Source: a virus. From it: a stretch of DNA of 64,000 nucleotides. Positions 20,906 to 30,600 of this stretch are shown in pieces (the first letter of the stretch is position 1; the number at the start of each line of letters is the position of its first letter). Below the pieces are notes generated by a model. That model worked only from the letters and a program-made list of their open reading frames with translations. It was not told the origin of the DNA and did not search any database. Both the position numbers and the translations under genes were made by a program. The DNA is taken from IMG/VR virus record IMGVR_UViG_3300035698_008252, positions 7,912 through 71,911 of that record; one strand, 5' to 3'.

Positions 20906-21323
20906 TATAATAACAGATATTAAGAAACTAAAAAAAGTTAGTAAGCCTGTTAAGTCTGAAGCAGAAGCTCAAGATATTGCTAATAGATTAAACTTAGCTT
21001 TATTTGAAGCCAAGCAGGGTTTAGGTTTATCAGGTGTTCAGATAGGAATAAACAAACGAGTATCTGTAATACATTATAAGGATACTCATCTAGTTTTATT
21101 CAACCCTAGAATTGTAGGTACTTGGGGCGAGTTTATTATGTTATCCGAGGGTTGTTTATCTATACCTAACCTGTATCTAAAAACTAGAAGGTACGAAAAA
21201 ATAAGTATTATAAATGGTGATGGTAAACCCTATGTTTTTAATGGTATACTTGCTGTAGTAGTTCAGCACGAGATAGACCATATGGAAGGTAAGCTATTTC
21301 TAGATAAGGCTATAAATGACTAG
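20898..21323 (+). CDS. def: peptide deformylase
   Basis: GLGLSGVQIG, EGCLS, QHEIDH. Confidence 0.95.
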   Translation: MINIITDIKKLKKVSKPVKSEAEAQDIANRLNLALFEAKQGLGLSGVQIGINKRVSVIHYKDTHLVLFNPRIVGTWGEFIMLSEGCLSIPNLYLKTRRYEKISIINGDGKPYVFNGILAVVVQHEIDHMEGKLFLDKAIND

Positions 21324-21696
21324 AGAATTTAAAATAAAATTCATACAGACTCAGCTAACTACTTTAAGACTCTGTTTTAATTTAGACCCTATTGAATTAG
21401 TTATTTGGAATTCAATGCCAGCACCAGCATGCTTCAGTCCTATAGCACCTACTATATTTATAAATCCCGATAGAGTTGAAGATAGTAAATCTTACATGAC
21501 TTTTATAGTGCTACATGAGTTAGGTCATGCTATCTATGGTATATCAGAATACAGAGCTAATAGATTTTCTTTCTGGTTTCTAAGAAAACATTACCCTAAA
21601 TATTATGCACTAATTGAGAATAGAAAAGATAAGTTATTAAAAGAAGGTAGAAATATAATAGACAACCTAAAGTTAGGAGTAAACAATGGTAGATAA
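21316..21696 (+). CDS. HExxH metallopeptidase-like protein
   Basis: FIVLHELGH...SEYRANRF. Confidence 0.65.
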   Translation: MTREFKIKFIQTQLTTLRLCFNLDPIELVIWNSMPAPACFSPIAPTIFINPDRVEDSKSYMTFIVLHELGHAIYGISEYRANRFSFWFLRKHYPKYYALIENRKDKLLKEGRNIIDNLKLGVNNGR

Positions 21697-21967
21697 TATC
21701 GTATTAAATAGAGCTAGACAAGGCATATGCCCTATATGTGCTCAACCGCTTGATAGAAAAAACGTCAATGGTAAGGTAGTATATCATGGTAACTTAGTAG
21801 ATTACAAAGGTACTCCAGTTCTTACTTGCTTCTCTCATATATGCCCTTCTGAGAAATTAATATCTTCAGGTGAGTATATAGCAGTTGATAGCCAGCTAGG
21901 AACATACACAAAAATAGACTAATATAGGCAAAAGATGATAAATATGTACACCTAAGTGCACAAATGT

Positions 21968-22001
21968 GCATCTTTTTTACCTAGTTGTGCGTCTTTATAT
22001 A
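21968..22001 (+). promoter_or_regulatory. putative ECF-type (late) promoter GCATC-N17-CGTCTTTATATA
   Basis: Intergenic; same motif and spacing on the - strand at ~54513-54546. Confidence 0.55.
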
Positions 22002-22018
22002 CAAGAGGTTACATTACT

Positions 22019-22693
22019 ATGTCCATAGAAGTAAGTAAAAAAAGAGGTGTTAGGTACTACAAAGATGAGGATAAGGCTACAGGAGACCTACCATCCGTAA
22101 CTAGTATACTTAATTTAATACCTAAGCCTAGGTTACAGAAGTGGGCTCTCAAACAAACTATAGACTTTCTGGTAAGACATAAAATATTAAATCCTCAGAT
22201 AATAGCCAAGGCTTATGGCTACCATTCTAAGCTTCTAGATAGCCTAGCTACTAAAGGTACTAATAGACATAAACAACTCTGTGATTATTTAGAAGGTAAA
22301 GAAGTTACACATGACAAATGGTTAAAGAGATTTATAGTTTGGGAAGAGGAGAATGATTTTAAAGTAGTATCTATGGAGGTTTCCATACTAGATAAATATT
22401 TAGGCTTTGCAGGTACTATGGATTTAATAGGAACGGTACATGGTGAGCCTATAATAATAGATTTAAAAACTTCCTCTGCTATTAGATTTTCTCATAAAGT
22501 ACAGCTTTGTGCTTACAAATTACTGTTAGGGTGCATAGGATATAAATTAGGTGTTCTAGATATTCCTAGAGATGCAAGTAAGCCTAAATGGTACATACTT
22601 ACAGAACCTGAAGAAGAGGAATACACTAAACTGTTTTTAAGCTGCTATGATTTATTTAAACAATTAAATGCTGTAGGGGAATTAGAGTTGTAA
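22019..22693 (+). CDS. PD-(D/E)xK exonuclease
   Basis: LPSVTSIL, GT..H, FAGTMDL, IIDLKTS, QLCAY; ATG 22019 after AGAGGT. Confidence 0.85.
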   Translation: MSIEVSKKRGVRYYKDEDKATGDLPSVTSILNLIPKPRLQKWALKQTIDFLVRHKILNPQIIAKAYGYHSKLLDSLATKGTNRHKQLCDYLEGKEVTHDKWLKRFIVWEEENDFKVVSMEVSILDKYLGFAGTMDLIGTVHGEPIIIDLKTSSAIRFSHKVQLCAYKLLLGCIGYKLGVLDIPRDASKPKWYILTEPEEEEYTKLFLSCYDLFKQLNAVGELEL

Positions 22694-22696
22694 AAC

Positions 22697-22726
22697 TTGA
22701 CACAGCAGAGAATTATATGGTATACT
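22697..22726 (+). promoter_or_regulatory. sigma70-type promoter of the TTGACACAGCA family
   Basis: TTGACA-cagcagagaattatatgg-TATACT, 18-bp spacer. Confidence 0.85.
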
Positions 22727-22755
22727 TGGAGAGTAAGATAAAGGAGAGGACTATT

Positions 22756-23796
22756 ATGATTAAAAGTTTCTGGTCAGAAGATAAAATTGAGATACTTATC
22801 ACATACCTTAAAAATGGTTTAAATGTTAGGACTATTTCTAAGAAAATGAATACAACGGTAGATGCTGTTTATGCTGCTATGTCTAGGTATGAGTTAAAGA
22901 AATATGCTATGCCTAAAAAAGCCTCTACACCTAAATTTTTAAAGACTACTAACTTCGAAGAGCTAGATGATGAGCAGTTTGATTTAGCGAAAAAGCAAGC
23001 AAAATTAGATTGGAAAATAGCTAAGCCTAGAGGAGCAAAAAAATCTAGAAAGGGTTTAGAAATCGCATTGTTTGTACCTGATACACATATTCCACATCAT
23101 AATGTTGCTGCCTGTAAATCAATCATAAAGCTTATGGATGATATTAATTTTAATACAGTTGCTATTGTTGGGGATTTTATGGACTTAGGTTGTATAGGTC
23201 ATTGGAATAGGAATAAACATAGAACACTCGAACTGAAACGATTAAAGAAAGATTACATAATAGGTAATGCCTTATTAGACGAAATTGATTCTAGAGTAGA
23301 TAAGACTTGTGATAAACATTATTTAATGGGTAATCATGAAGAGTGGGCTGACCAGCTTCTTGAAGAAATGCCAGCTCTTGAAGGATTAGTAGAACCAAGG
23401 AGTATGTTAAAGCTAGACGAGAGAAATTATAAAGTACATAATTATAATGAGTTAGTTAAATTTGGGAGACTCCATGTAACTCATGGAATATATGCGGGAG
23501 CAAACCCGATTAAAAAACATCTTGATGAACTTAAGGTTAATATTCTGTTTGGTCATACTCATACCTTAGGTATGAGACTAGCATCATCACCCGCTAGGGA
23601 TATTGCCTTTGCGGGTTATAATATTGGTTGTGTTTGCGACCTATCACCTGATTTTATGAAAAATAGACCTAACGCCTGGACACATGGTTTTGCAGTAGGC
23701 TATTTCTATCCTAATGGCTATTTTGATATTCAGACTATTAGAATTGTTAAAGGAAAATTTATTTTTAATAACAAGATATATGATGGTAATATTTAG
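22756..23796 (+). CDS. metallophosphoesterase with N-terminal HTH
   Basis: PDTHIP, GDFMD, GNHE, THG, GHTH. Confidence 0.88.
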   Translation: MIKSFWSEDKIEILITYLKNGLNVRTISKKMNTTVDAVYAAMSRYELKKYAMPKKASTPKFLKTTNFEELDDEQFDLAKKQAKLDWKIAKPRGAKKSRKGLEIALFVPDTHIPHHNVAACKSIIKLMDDINFNTVAIVGDFMDLGCIGHWNRNKHRTLELKRLKKDYIIGNALLDEIDSRVDKTCDKHYLMGNHEEWADQLLEEMPALEGLVEPRSMLKLDERNYKVHNYNELVKFGRLHVTHGIYAGANPIKKHLDELKVNILFGHTHTLGMRLASSPARDIAFAGYNIGCVCDLSPDFMKNRPNAWTHGFAVGYFYPNGYFDIQTIRIVKGKFIFNNKIYDGNI

Positions 23797-23808
23797 GAGG
23801 CAACAATT

Positions 23809-24501
23809 ATGACAGATAAGATAGAATTGACTAATCTTAAAAATCCAGCATCTAAAGTTATTAAGAGACTTACAGATGAAGCAATTAAAGAAAAATATTG
23901 GGGTGTATGCGTTTTGAATAGTAACACCCTTATAGTTGATGCTCGTCGGAAGTATCTCAAATCAGATATTAAAATTATAACGGTTGCAGGGTTTCCCCCT
24001 GTAAGGTTATATAATTTAGTAAATAATAATCCTATGTATCAGTTCTCTCTAGGCTTTTATAATAGAAAAGCTTTTTCGGAGATTAGGAAAATATGTAATA
24101 ATCCTGTAGTAGACGAGTTAGATGTTGTGTTTCCTATGGCTATGTATTATGGTGGTAAAAAGAAAAGAGTAGTTTGGTTGCTTAGAGGAATCAAACAAAA
24201 ATTTAAAAAGACAGTTAAAGTTATTATAGAACTAGGAACTATATTTAAGCAAGAAGAGAATATTAAAGAAATATGTTTCCTATTAGAAGAAGCGGGTGTA
24301 GACTTTGTAAAAACAAATACAGGTCTAATAACTCAGAAGTATGAAGATTTAGCTGACCATATTCAGACACTACAGCAGTGTACAAATCTACCAATTAAAG
24401 CCAGTGGAGGTATTAGAACCATAAAGCAAGCTGAAACATTAAGCTTACTAGGAGTAGCTAGGATTGGTACAAGTGCATTATCAGAGGAAGAGGTATCATA
24501 A
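23809..24501 (+). CDS. deoC: deoxyribose-phosphate aldolase
   Basis: TVAGFP, DELDVV, VKVIIE, FVKTNTG (Schiff-base Lys), IKASGGIR, RIGTS. Confidence 0.88.
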   Translation: MTDKIELTNLKNPASKVIKRLTDEAIKEKYWGVCVLNSNTLIVDARRKYLKSDIKIITVAGFPPVRLYNLVNNNPMYQFSLGFYNRKAFSEIRKICNNPVVDELDVVFPMAMYYGGKKKRVVWLLRGIKQKFKKTVKVIIELGTIFKQEENIKEICFLLEEAGVDFVKTNTGLITQKYEDLADHIQTLQQCTNLPIKASGGIRTIKQAETLSLLGVARIGTSALSEEEVS

Positions 24502-24818
24502 TGGACTATGGACTTACACCTGAGTTAAATCAAATAATAGATTATCTTTCTAATGTATTTTCTAAGTCTATAAATTCACCTGTACATCAGAAAGCTGACC
24601 TAGCACAAGACCTTATAGTGCTCTATCTAGAAAGACAACAGGGTAAGGATTTAATAGAAATTAGAGAATCTAAAGATTATTGGTTCAGGATTTTCAAGAA
24701 CTATTTAATCAGTAAATATAGGAGTATTATAAGTGAGAAAAAATTACTGGCGAAGATTGAAAAAGAAGAAATATTCAATCGAAATTCCAAAACAGATACA
24801 AAAATATTTGACCTCTAA
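24501..24818 (+). CDS. putative ECF sigma region-2-like protein
   Basis: ADLAQDLIVLYL...YWFRIFKNYLISKYR resembles ECF sigma2 (DlvQe.f..l...wl..iarN...d.yR). Confidence 0.55.
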   Translation: MDYGLTPELNQIIDYLSNVFSKSINSPVHQKADLAQDLIVLYLERQQGKDLIEIRESKDYWFRIFKNYLISKYRSIISEKKLLAKIEKEEIFNRNSKTDTKIFDL

Positions 24819-25077
24819 GCAGCGAGTTTTACTAAATATATTTGCAGATAATAAAAGTATAAATGACCTCGCTAAAGAAACTAAATTATCTAGAGAAGAG
24901 ATTCTATTCCAGATAATGCTTATAGGCAGAGGTTTAGCTTATTATGAATTACTAGAGACTAAAGTAATTCCTGATATAGAAGCTGATAAATCTGAGGAGT
25001 ATATGCTAGGATGGAACTCACTTAAACAAAAAATAACTGAGGGTATACAAGATGTCAAAATCAAAAGAGATAAATAA
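24733..25077 (+). CDS. putative sigma region-4-like HTH protein
   Basis: LTSKQRVLL....KSINDLAKETKLSREEI resembles sigma4; overlaps the sigma2-like ORF; alternative TTG start at 24757. Confidence 0.5.
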   Translation: MRKNYWRRLKKKKYSIEIPKQIQKYLTSKQRVLLNIFADNKSINDLAKETKLSREEILFQIMLIGRGLAYYELLETKVIPDIEADKSEEYMLGWNSLKQKITEGIQDVKIKRDK

Positions 25078-25945
25078 AAGACAGTCGAGAGAACAGTCCA
25101 TAAGACGAGAAAAAGTAAAAGAACTTTACCTTAAAGGTGTTCCAGGCTCTAAGATAGCTACTACATTAAACGCACATTACAATACTATAGTATCTGATTT
25201 AGATTATATAAAAACAAACTATCTAGAGATGGCTATAAAAAATCCTGCGTTAATACAAAAGCAATTCGCTAAGGTCGAGGAATTACTAGATGAAGTAACT
25301 ATGGTTAAGAATCAGTACTGGAAAATTTTAAATGAGATAGGCGAAGAGAGGGAAGAAAAACAAGAAGCACTAAAGGAAAAGTATGAACTAGATATGATTG
25401 CTTCAGATGCAGATAAATCTAAAGATAAAATTATTCCTAAACTTAAAGTAGCCCCTAGAAATTTCTCTACCAGATTAGAAACCTTAAGAGCTATAATGAC
25501 TAGAGTTGACCATGAGGCTAGATTACTTAATTTATTTAACACTGGTACGATTATAGAGAAGAATTATGTATCTATGGATACTCTGAAACAAATCATGAGT
25601 ATTTTTAAAGGTATTATAATGGACTTAATACCTAAAGATAAACAGAGTTTTGCTATACGCAGAATGAAGACAATAGAAATTAAAGGTATTAGCCCTGATG
25701 ATATTCAGAAATCCCAGAAAGCTGAAGAAGCTGCCGAGCCTGATACAGTAGAAGAGCTTAAGGTTGAAGAACCTCTAGAAGCTACGGGAGAATTTACACC
25801 TATAGAGGAAACTACTGAGTCTGTTATAATAGATGAGCCTGGAGTTGTTCAACTAGAAGAACCTGAAGAACCTGAAGTAAGGAAGATTACCGAAGGAACT
25901 AAAACTGAAGAAACTTTTGAAGACTTAGATTTTGATACTCTTTAA
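25052..25945 (+). CDS. terminase small subunit (putative)
   Basis: N-terminal HTH (RREKVKELYLKG...IATTL...TIVSDL), helical middle, acidic tail, directly upstream of TerL. Confidence 0.7.
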   Translation: MSKSKEINKRQSREQSIRREKVKELYLKGVPGSKIATTLNAHYNTIVSDLDYIKTNYLEMAIKNPALIQKQFAKVEELLDEVTMVKNQYWKILNEIGEEREEKQEALKEKYELDMIASDADKSKDKIIPKLKVAPRNFSTRLETLRAIMTRVDHEARLLNLFNTGTIIEKNYVSMDTLKQIMSIFKGIIMDLIPKDKQSFAIRRMKTIEIKGISPDDIQKSQKAEEAAEPDTVEELKVEEPLEATGEFTPIEETTESVIIDEPGVVQLEEPEEPEVRKITEGTKTEETFEDLDFDTL

Positions 25946-25953
25946 GGAATACA

Positions 25954-27738
25954 ATGGATAAAAATATATTAAAAAAAGAGTGGGATGATTTTTGGGGTAC
26001 TACGGAGGAGTTAGCTGTAAAGCGTAACTCTAAATTCTGGATAACACCTGTACCTGCTAGGGTATTTTTTGAGGGTTGGTTAGGCTTTAAACTATTCCCG
26101 AGACAATATAAATTAATTGAGAAAGTATTTGCTAAAGATTTTAAGAATATAGATAATGTATTACATGAGTTTGTTATAGCTTGGGGTAAGCGTTCAGGTA
26201 AGGATATTGTTATAGCTCATTTGCTATGCTATCTTATCTATTGGTTACTTTGTTTGAATGACCCTCAGGATTATCTAGGTATACAGGCAGGAGAGCCTAT
26301 AGATATTGTTAATGTATCCTTTGATAAAGACCAAGCTCTATCTGTTTTCTTTGAGAAATTTACAAGAGCTATAAAAGGAGCTATTGACCCCGCTACAGGA
26401 AAGAACTTCTTCAAGTCAGTAGGTATGGATTTAGATAAGGATATTCTAAAAACATCTGTTCTGTTCCCTAAGAATATACGAGCATTCTCACTAAACTCTA
26501 AGGAGTTTAAGGCTGAGGGTAAGAATATAGTTTTTGCTGTTTTTGATGAGATAGGTTCTTTTAGATTCGATAAAGCCGCAAAGATTCGCAGACATATTAA
26601 ATCAACAGCTAAGCCAACATGCCCTAAATTTTTTAAGCTATTTTATATTTCGTTTTTAACTTCAGGTAATGATTATATGGCTTACCTCTTAAGTATAGCT
26701 AAAGATTTAAAAAGTATATTTATGGATAGAGCAGCTACTTGGGATGTTAGGAGCGGTAGAAATTGTCCCCAAGAACTAACAAAATATGTAGTACATAGAG
26801 AAGACTATCAGGATGAATTTGATGAGGATGCAGCTAACGCTATGTTGATGTATGAATGTAAAGTGCCTAAGTTCAGGTCTAATGCATTTATAAAACGACC
26901 TGAAAGAATTATGGACTGTGCTAACATGGATAGACCTATGCCTTTCATAGGGTTAGATAGAACTATTGAGGAAGCTACAGACAATCCTTTTGATGATTTC
27001 TGGACAACAGATTTAATGTCAGAAGAACTTGAACCTTGGTTCAAAAGAAACTATACTTGGGAAATATATAACTTTGAAAAACAATATGAGAAAAATCCTA
27101 CTGATGAATTAGCAAACAGAATTAGAATAGAGAAGGAACGCCATGCTGATGCTGAATACTTCGTGCATATTGACCTTTCCAGAGGTGTAGTCGATTGTGC
27201 TGGATTAGTACTAGCACATAGATATAAGGTATTAGATTCTACAAAAATATATACAGATTTAGCTATACAAATACGAGCACCTAAAACAGAAGATGAGGTA
27301 AACCATGAGATAGACTTAGAACTAATCCTAGATTTTGTTATTAAAATACTTAAGCAGAAAATGAGATTTAACATTGTTAAACTAACTGCGGATGGTTGGA
27401 ATTCTGCTCTATTCCTAAACATCTGTAATAACAATGGTATACCAGCATCAATACTATCCTTAGAAAAGAATTCAGCACCTTATGAAACACTAAAGGATTT
27501 TATATATAGAACAGATATAACATACTATTTTTATCCTACAATAATTAGAGAACTAACTGAGTTACTAGTTAAGGATAATAAAAAGATTGACCATCCAGCT
27601 AATAGTCAGTGGAGAATGCGTGAAGAGAGACTACCTAGAGGAAGTAAGGATGTAGTTGACTGTTTAGCAGGGGTAGCTTATAGTATAATGGAAGATGATG
27701 ATGGTGATAATGAGCCGCTAGCAGGGGCAGCAGCATAA
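25954..27738 (+). CDS. terL: terminase large subunit
   Basis: Walker A WGKRSGKD, Walker B AVFDE, nuclease HIDLS..D, KIDHP...SKDVVD. Confidence 0.92.
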   Translation: MDKNILKKEWDDFWGTTEELAVKRNSKFWITPVPARVFFEGWLGFKLFPRQYKLIEKVFAKDFKNIDNVLHEFVIAWGKRSGKDIVIAHLLCYLIYWLLCLNDPQDYLGIQAGEPIDIVNVSFDKDQALSVFFEKFTRAIKGAIDPATGKNFFKSVGMDLDKDILKTSVLFPKNIRAFSLNSKEFKAEGKNIVFAVFDEIGSFRFDKAAKIRRHIKSTAKPTCPKFFKLFYISFLTSGNDYMAYLLSIAKDLKSIFMDRAATWDVRSGRNCPQELTKYVVHREDYQDEFDEDAANAMLMYECKVPKFRSNAFIKRPERIMDCANMDRPMPFIGLDRTIEEATDNPFDDFWTTDLMSEELEPWFKRNYTWEIYNFEKQYEKNPTDELANRIRIEKERHADAEYFVHIDLSRGVVDCAGLVLAHRYKVLDSTKIYTDLAIQIRAPKTEDEVNHEIDLELILDFVIKILKQKMRFNIVKLTADGWNSALFLNICNNNGIPASILSLEKNSAPYETLKDFIYRTDITYYFYPTIIRELTELLVKDNKKIDHPANSQWRMREERLPRGSKDVVDCLAGVAYSIMEDDDGDNEPLAGAAA

Positions 27739-27779
27739 TAAGAAAATAATAATTTAACAGATATATTTAGGAGGATTAA

Positions 27780-28997
27780 ATGGGAAAGACAGTTAGAATA
27801 AAAGCTAAAAAAAAGATTGTTAAAACTAAGACAGATAGCAAGGTAATAAAAAAAGGTTCTAAGAGATTGTATCCAGTGGAACAGGTTACTGATAGAAAAA
27901 CAGCTTCAGGCTTCGGTTCGGGTGCTTCTATCTATAAACCCTTAAAGAAATTATCTGCAACCCAGATTAGGAATTTAATCCTAGAATCATTTTGGATTGA
28001 TACCTGTATCAATGTAATAGTTGATGAGGTTATAAAATATGACCTTAAAACACAACCTACTAATAAGGCTATTGATGCTTTTTTAAAATACCCTAATAAT
28101 AAAGACCCTCTCATGATTATTAGAAAAAAATATCTTAAAGATATGCTAAGATATGGTAATGGTTGTTGTACTATAAAATATAAAAGACGCAAACCAGCCG
28201 AGTTAGTAGTAGCTCCAGGATATTTATTAGAGATGGATTCTGATAATAATTATGTATTTCAAAGCCAAGCAGGTTCAGGTTATCTATCAGATAAAGATGG
28301 TAAGACTCTTGTATTTAAACCTAAAGAGATTATGCATTTCCAACTAGATGCTGATAGTGATTCTACTATGGCTCGAAGCCCTATAGATAAAATATATAAT
28401 ATGGTACGAGCAGATGTATCTATAGCTAGAGAATTAGCTAAATTTGTTGATAGAGGATTTTTTCTACCTAGTTTTCTGTCGCTACCCAAAACTAACAAAA
28501 AGGATGTTGAAGAATTTGTTGAGTTTGTAAATAATATGGTATCTGAAGGTTCTAAGATGTTTGGAATTAATAAGGATGCTAAAGTACAGGAGATTAAATT
28601 CTGGTCTGCTAAAGATATTATAGGTGCTCATAATTGGACAGGTATAAGCATTGCCAGTGTATATAAGATACCGCCATTCATGGTTAACTTAGTAGCAGAT
28701 ACAGGCTCATTAAATGCTAGAGAACAGGTAGCTAGATTTAAAGAAAATACTATCTTACCTATACTTAAACTAGAGGCTTATATCTATACAATGCAGCTAG
28801 CTAAAAAAGGTTTCAAGGAAATGAAATCAGAAATTGTAGCACCCGAAGCGTTAACACTTATGAATTATAATAGAGCTAGAATAGCTAATATGCTATCAGG
28901 TACAAAGCAAACTGTAACAGTAGATGAGGTTAGAGATTTATTCTTTGGTTTAGACCCTTTAACTGATGACCAGAAAAAAGAAATGTCAGAAGAATAA
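27780..28997 (+). CDS. portal protein (HK97-like)
   Basis: DMLRYGNG, EIMHF, SPI, IASVYKIPP, TVDEVR...GLDPL; follows TerL. Confidence 0.88.
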   Translation: MGKTVRIKAKKKIVKTKTDSKVIKKGSKRLYPVEQVTDRKTASGFGSGASIYKPLKKLSATQIRNLILESFWIDTCINVIVDEVIKYDLKTQPTNKAIDAFLKYPNNKDPLMIIRKKYLKDMLRYGNGCCTIKYKRRKPAELVVAPGYLLEMDSDNNYVFQSQAGSGYLSDKDGKTLVFKPKEIMHFQLDADSDSTMARSPIDKIYNMVRADVSIARELAKFVDRGFFLPSFLSLPKTNKKDVEEFVEFVNNMVSEGSKMFGINKDAKVQEIKFWSAKDIIGAHNWTGISIASVYKIPPFMVNLVADTGSLNAREQVARFKENTILPILKLEAYIYTMQLAKKGFKEMKSEIVAPEALTLMNYNRARIANMLSGTKQTVTVDEVRDLFFGLDPLTDDQKKEMSEE

Positions 28998-29024
28998 TTA
29001 TAACGAAAAAAAGAGAGGTATACT

Positions 29025-29465
29025 ATGAGTAATATAAGTGCATATGTAGAAAAGTATAACAAGGATAATTCTGTAGCTCTCAATAAGATATTAGAGAAAT
29101 TGAAACCTACATTTAAATTAGTTAGTACACATAAAACTCAGTTTGTTACTATTGATGCTAATCATATGTCTACAATTAAAGATTACCTAACTAAGCTAAC
29201 AGGGGCTTATATGGAACTTGTAGATATTCACAGTAAAATATGCCATCTAAAAAAGAATAAAGAACTAGCATATTATTATGGCAGGAAATTAGAGATAGAG
29301 GCTGAAGGTGATAAATTCGTTTCAGCTCCTGTAGACAAGGAATCTAGTTTAGCTACAGCAGATGAAAGAAGAGTTAGGGATATAATTAAAGGTAAGCTAG
29401 ATGGTTGCCTTGAAGGTATGCGAACATGCAGAACTCTTATTAATGAAAAACAAATTGAGGTTTAA
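29025..29465 (+). CDS. UvsY-like recombination mediator (putative)
   Basis: Helical; LKKNKELAYYYG resembles the T4 UvsY core. Confidence 0.4.
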   Translation: MSNISAYVEKYNKDNSVALNKILEKLKPTFKLVSTHKTQFVTIDANHMSTIKDYLTKLTGAYMELVDIHSKICHLKKNKELAYYYGRKLEIEAEGDKFVSAPVDKESSLATADERRVRDIIKGKLDGCLEGMRTCRTLINEKQIEV

Positions 29466-29739
29466 TTACTTAGATAGGAGAATACAGTGGCTGATAAACC
29501 TGTAATGACTTTTAAAATAGTGCCCTATGATGCTAAGACTATTGAGATTCAAAATCTAAAGGTAGATACTTTCCGTAAGGATGATGTAATTATAGTTAGG
29601 ATTCCTAAGGATGTAGCTCCTGAAGCTATACCTGATTTTGTAAAGCAGATAAAACCTGTATTCATGGATGCTAGTATAGTTGTAGTCGGTAATGAAGTAG
29701 AGTTTGCTAGATTAGTTGAAATAGAGAAAAAGGATTAAT

Positions 29740-29934
29740 ATGCCAAATTATGAATACTGTTGTTCTAAGTGTAAAAATACAGCTACTAAATTATTAGTTG
29801 TATCTAAAAGGAACGACCCTCAACCCTGTGATGAATGCGGAGCAGCTATGGTTAGACAATTAGGAGGTAGTGGAGGTTTCATCCTTAAAGGCGAGGGCTT
29901 CTATCAGAATGATTATTCTAAAGATAAAAAATAA
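29740..29934 (+). CDS. FmdB-family zinc-ribbon protein
   Basis: MPNYEYCCSKC...CDECG...FILKGEGFY.NDY. Confidence 0.85.
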   Translation: MPNYEYCCSKCKNTATKLLVVSKRNDPQPCDECGAAMVRQLGGSGGFILKGEGFYQNDYSKDKK

Positions 29935-29947
29935 AGGAAAATAGATA

Positions 29948-30600
29948 ATGAAAAAATCTGAACTAACACCTATGACAAAGGCTATACTAAAAGAATTAGT
30001 AGAGGGTAACAAAGACTACCAAGGCAGAACTTATAGTTTATATGAATCTGTAAGAGGTAGTAAATGTGAACATCTCGTATTTATATTAGATGAGACCACT
30101 GGCTTCGGTTCTCCTGTGAGTTTACCAGCTATGGAATTAGCACTTATAGATAAGCCTGTAGTTATTCGCATTATGCAAGGAGTCTTAGATTTACTTATTA
30201 AAAGTATAAAAAAGAATGAAGCTCATATACCAAAAAATCCTAAAGGATACTTCAAAGAGAATCCTATAAAGGCAGGGAAAAAAGAAGGTGTATTTTCCTA
30301 TGAAGAAAAACTAAAAGGCAAAACAATAATAAATCACTATTCATGGAAACATATAATTCTTAACAATAGTCTTATTGTGCCTGGAAGAGGCTAATTATGT
30401 TTGAAAAAATAAAACGATTATTCTGTAAGCATGATGTTATTCAGAGTTATACGTTTACAGATAAGGTATCTTTTAATCTACCTAAAGATGCTAGATTATT
30501 TACGGTAGTAGGTAAATTTTTAATGGTTATATATAAATGCTCTAAGTGTAACAAGGTTATCACGAAAGAAATACTATATGAAAATCAAACAGCTAAGTAA
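29948..30600 (+). CDS. two hypothetical proteins (29948-30394, 30397-30600)
   Basis: Adjacent ORFs; the second has LFCKH..YKCSKC. Confidence 0.55.

Noticed and set aside
22717-22755. Shared MVYL N-termini of ORF-track calls 22717, 41317 and 62275
   Set aside because: Artefact: the ATG lies inside the promoter (ATGGTATACTTG). Real starts with RBSs are at 22756, 41272 and 62242.
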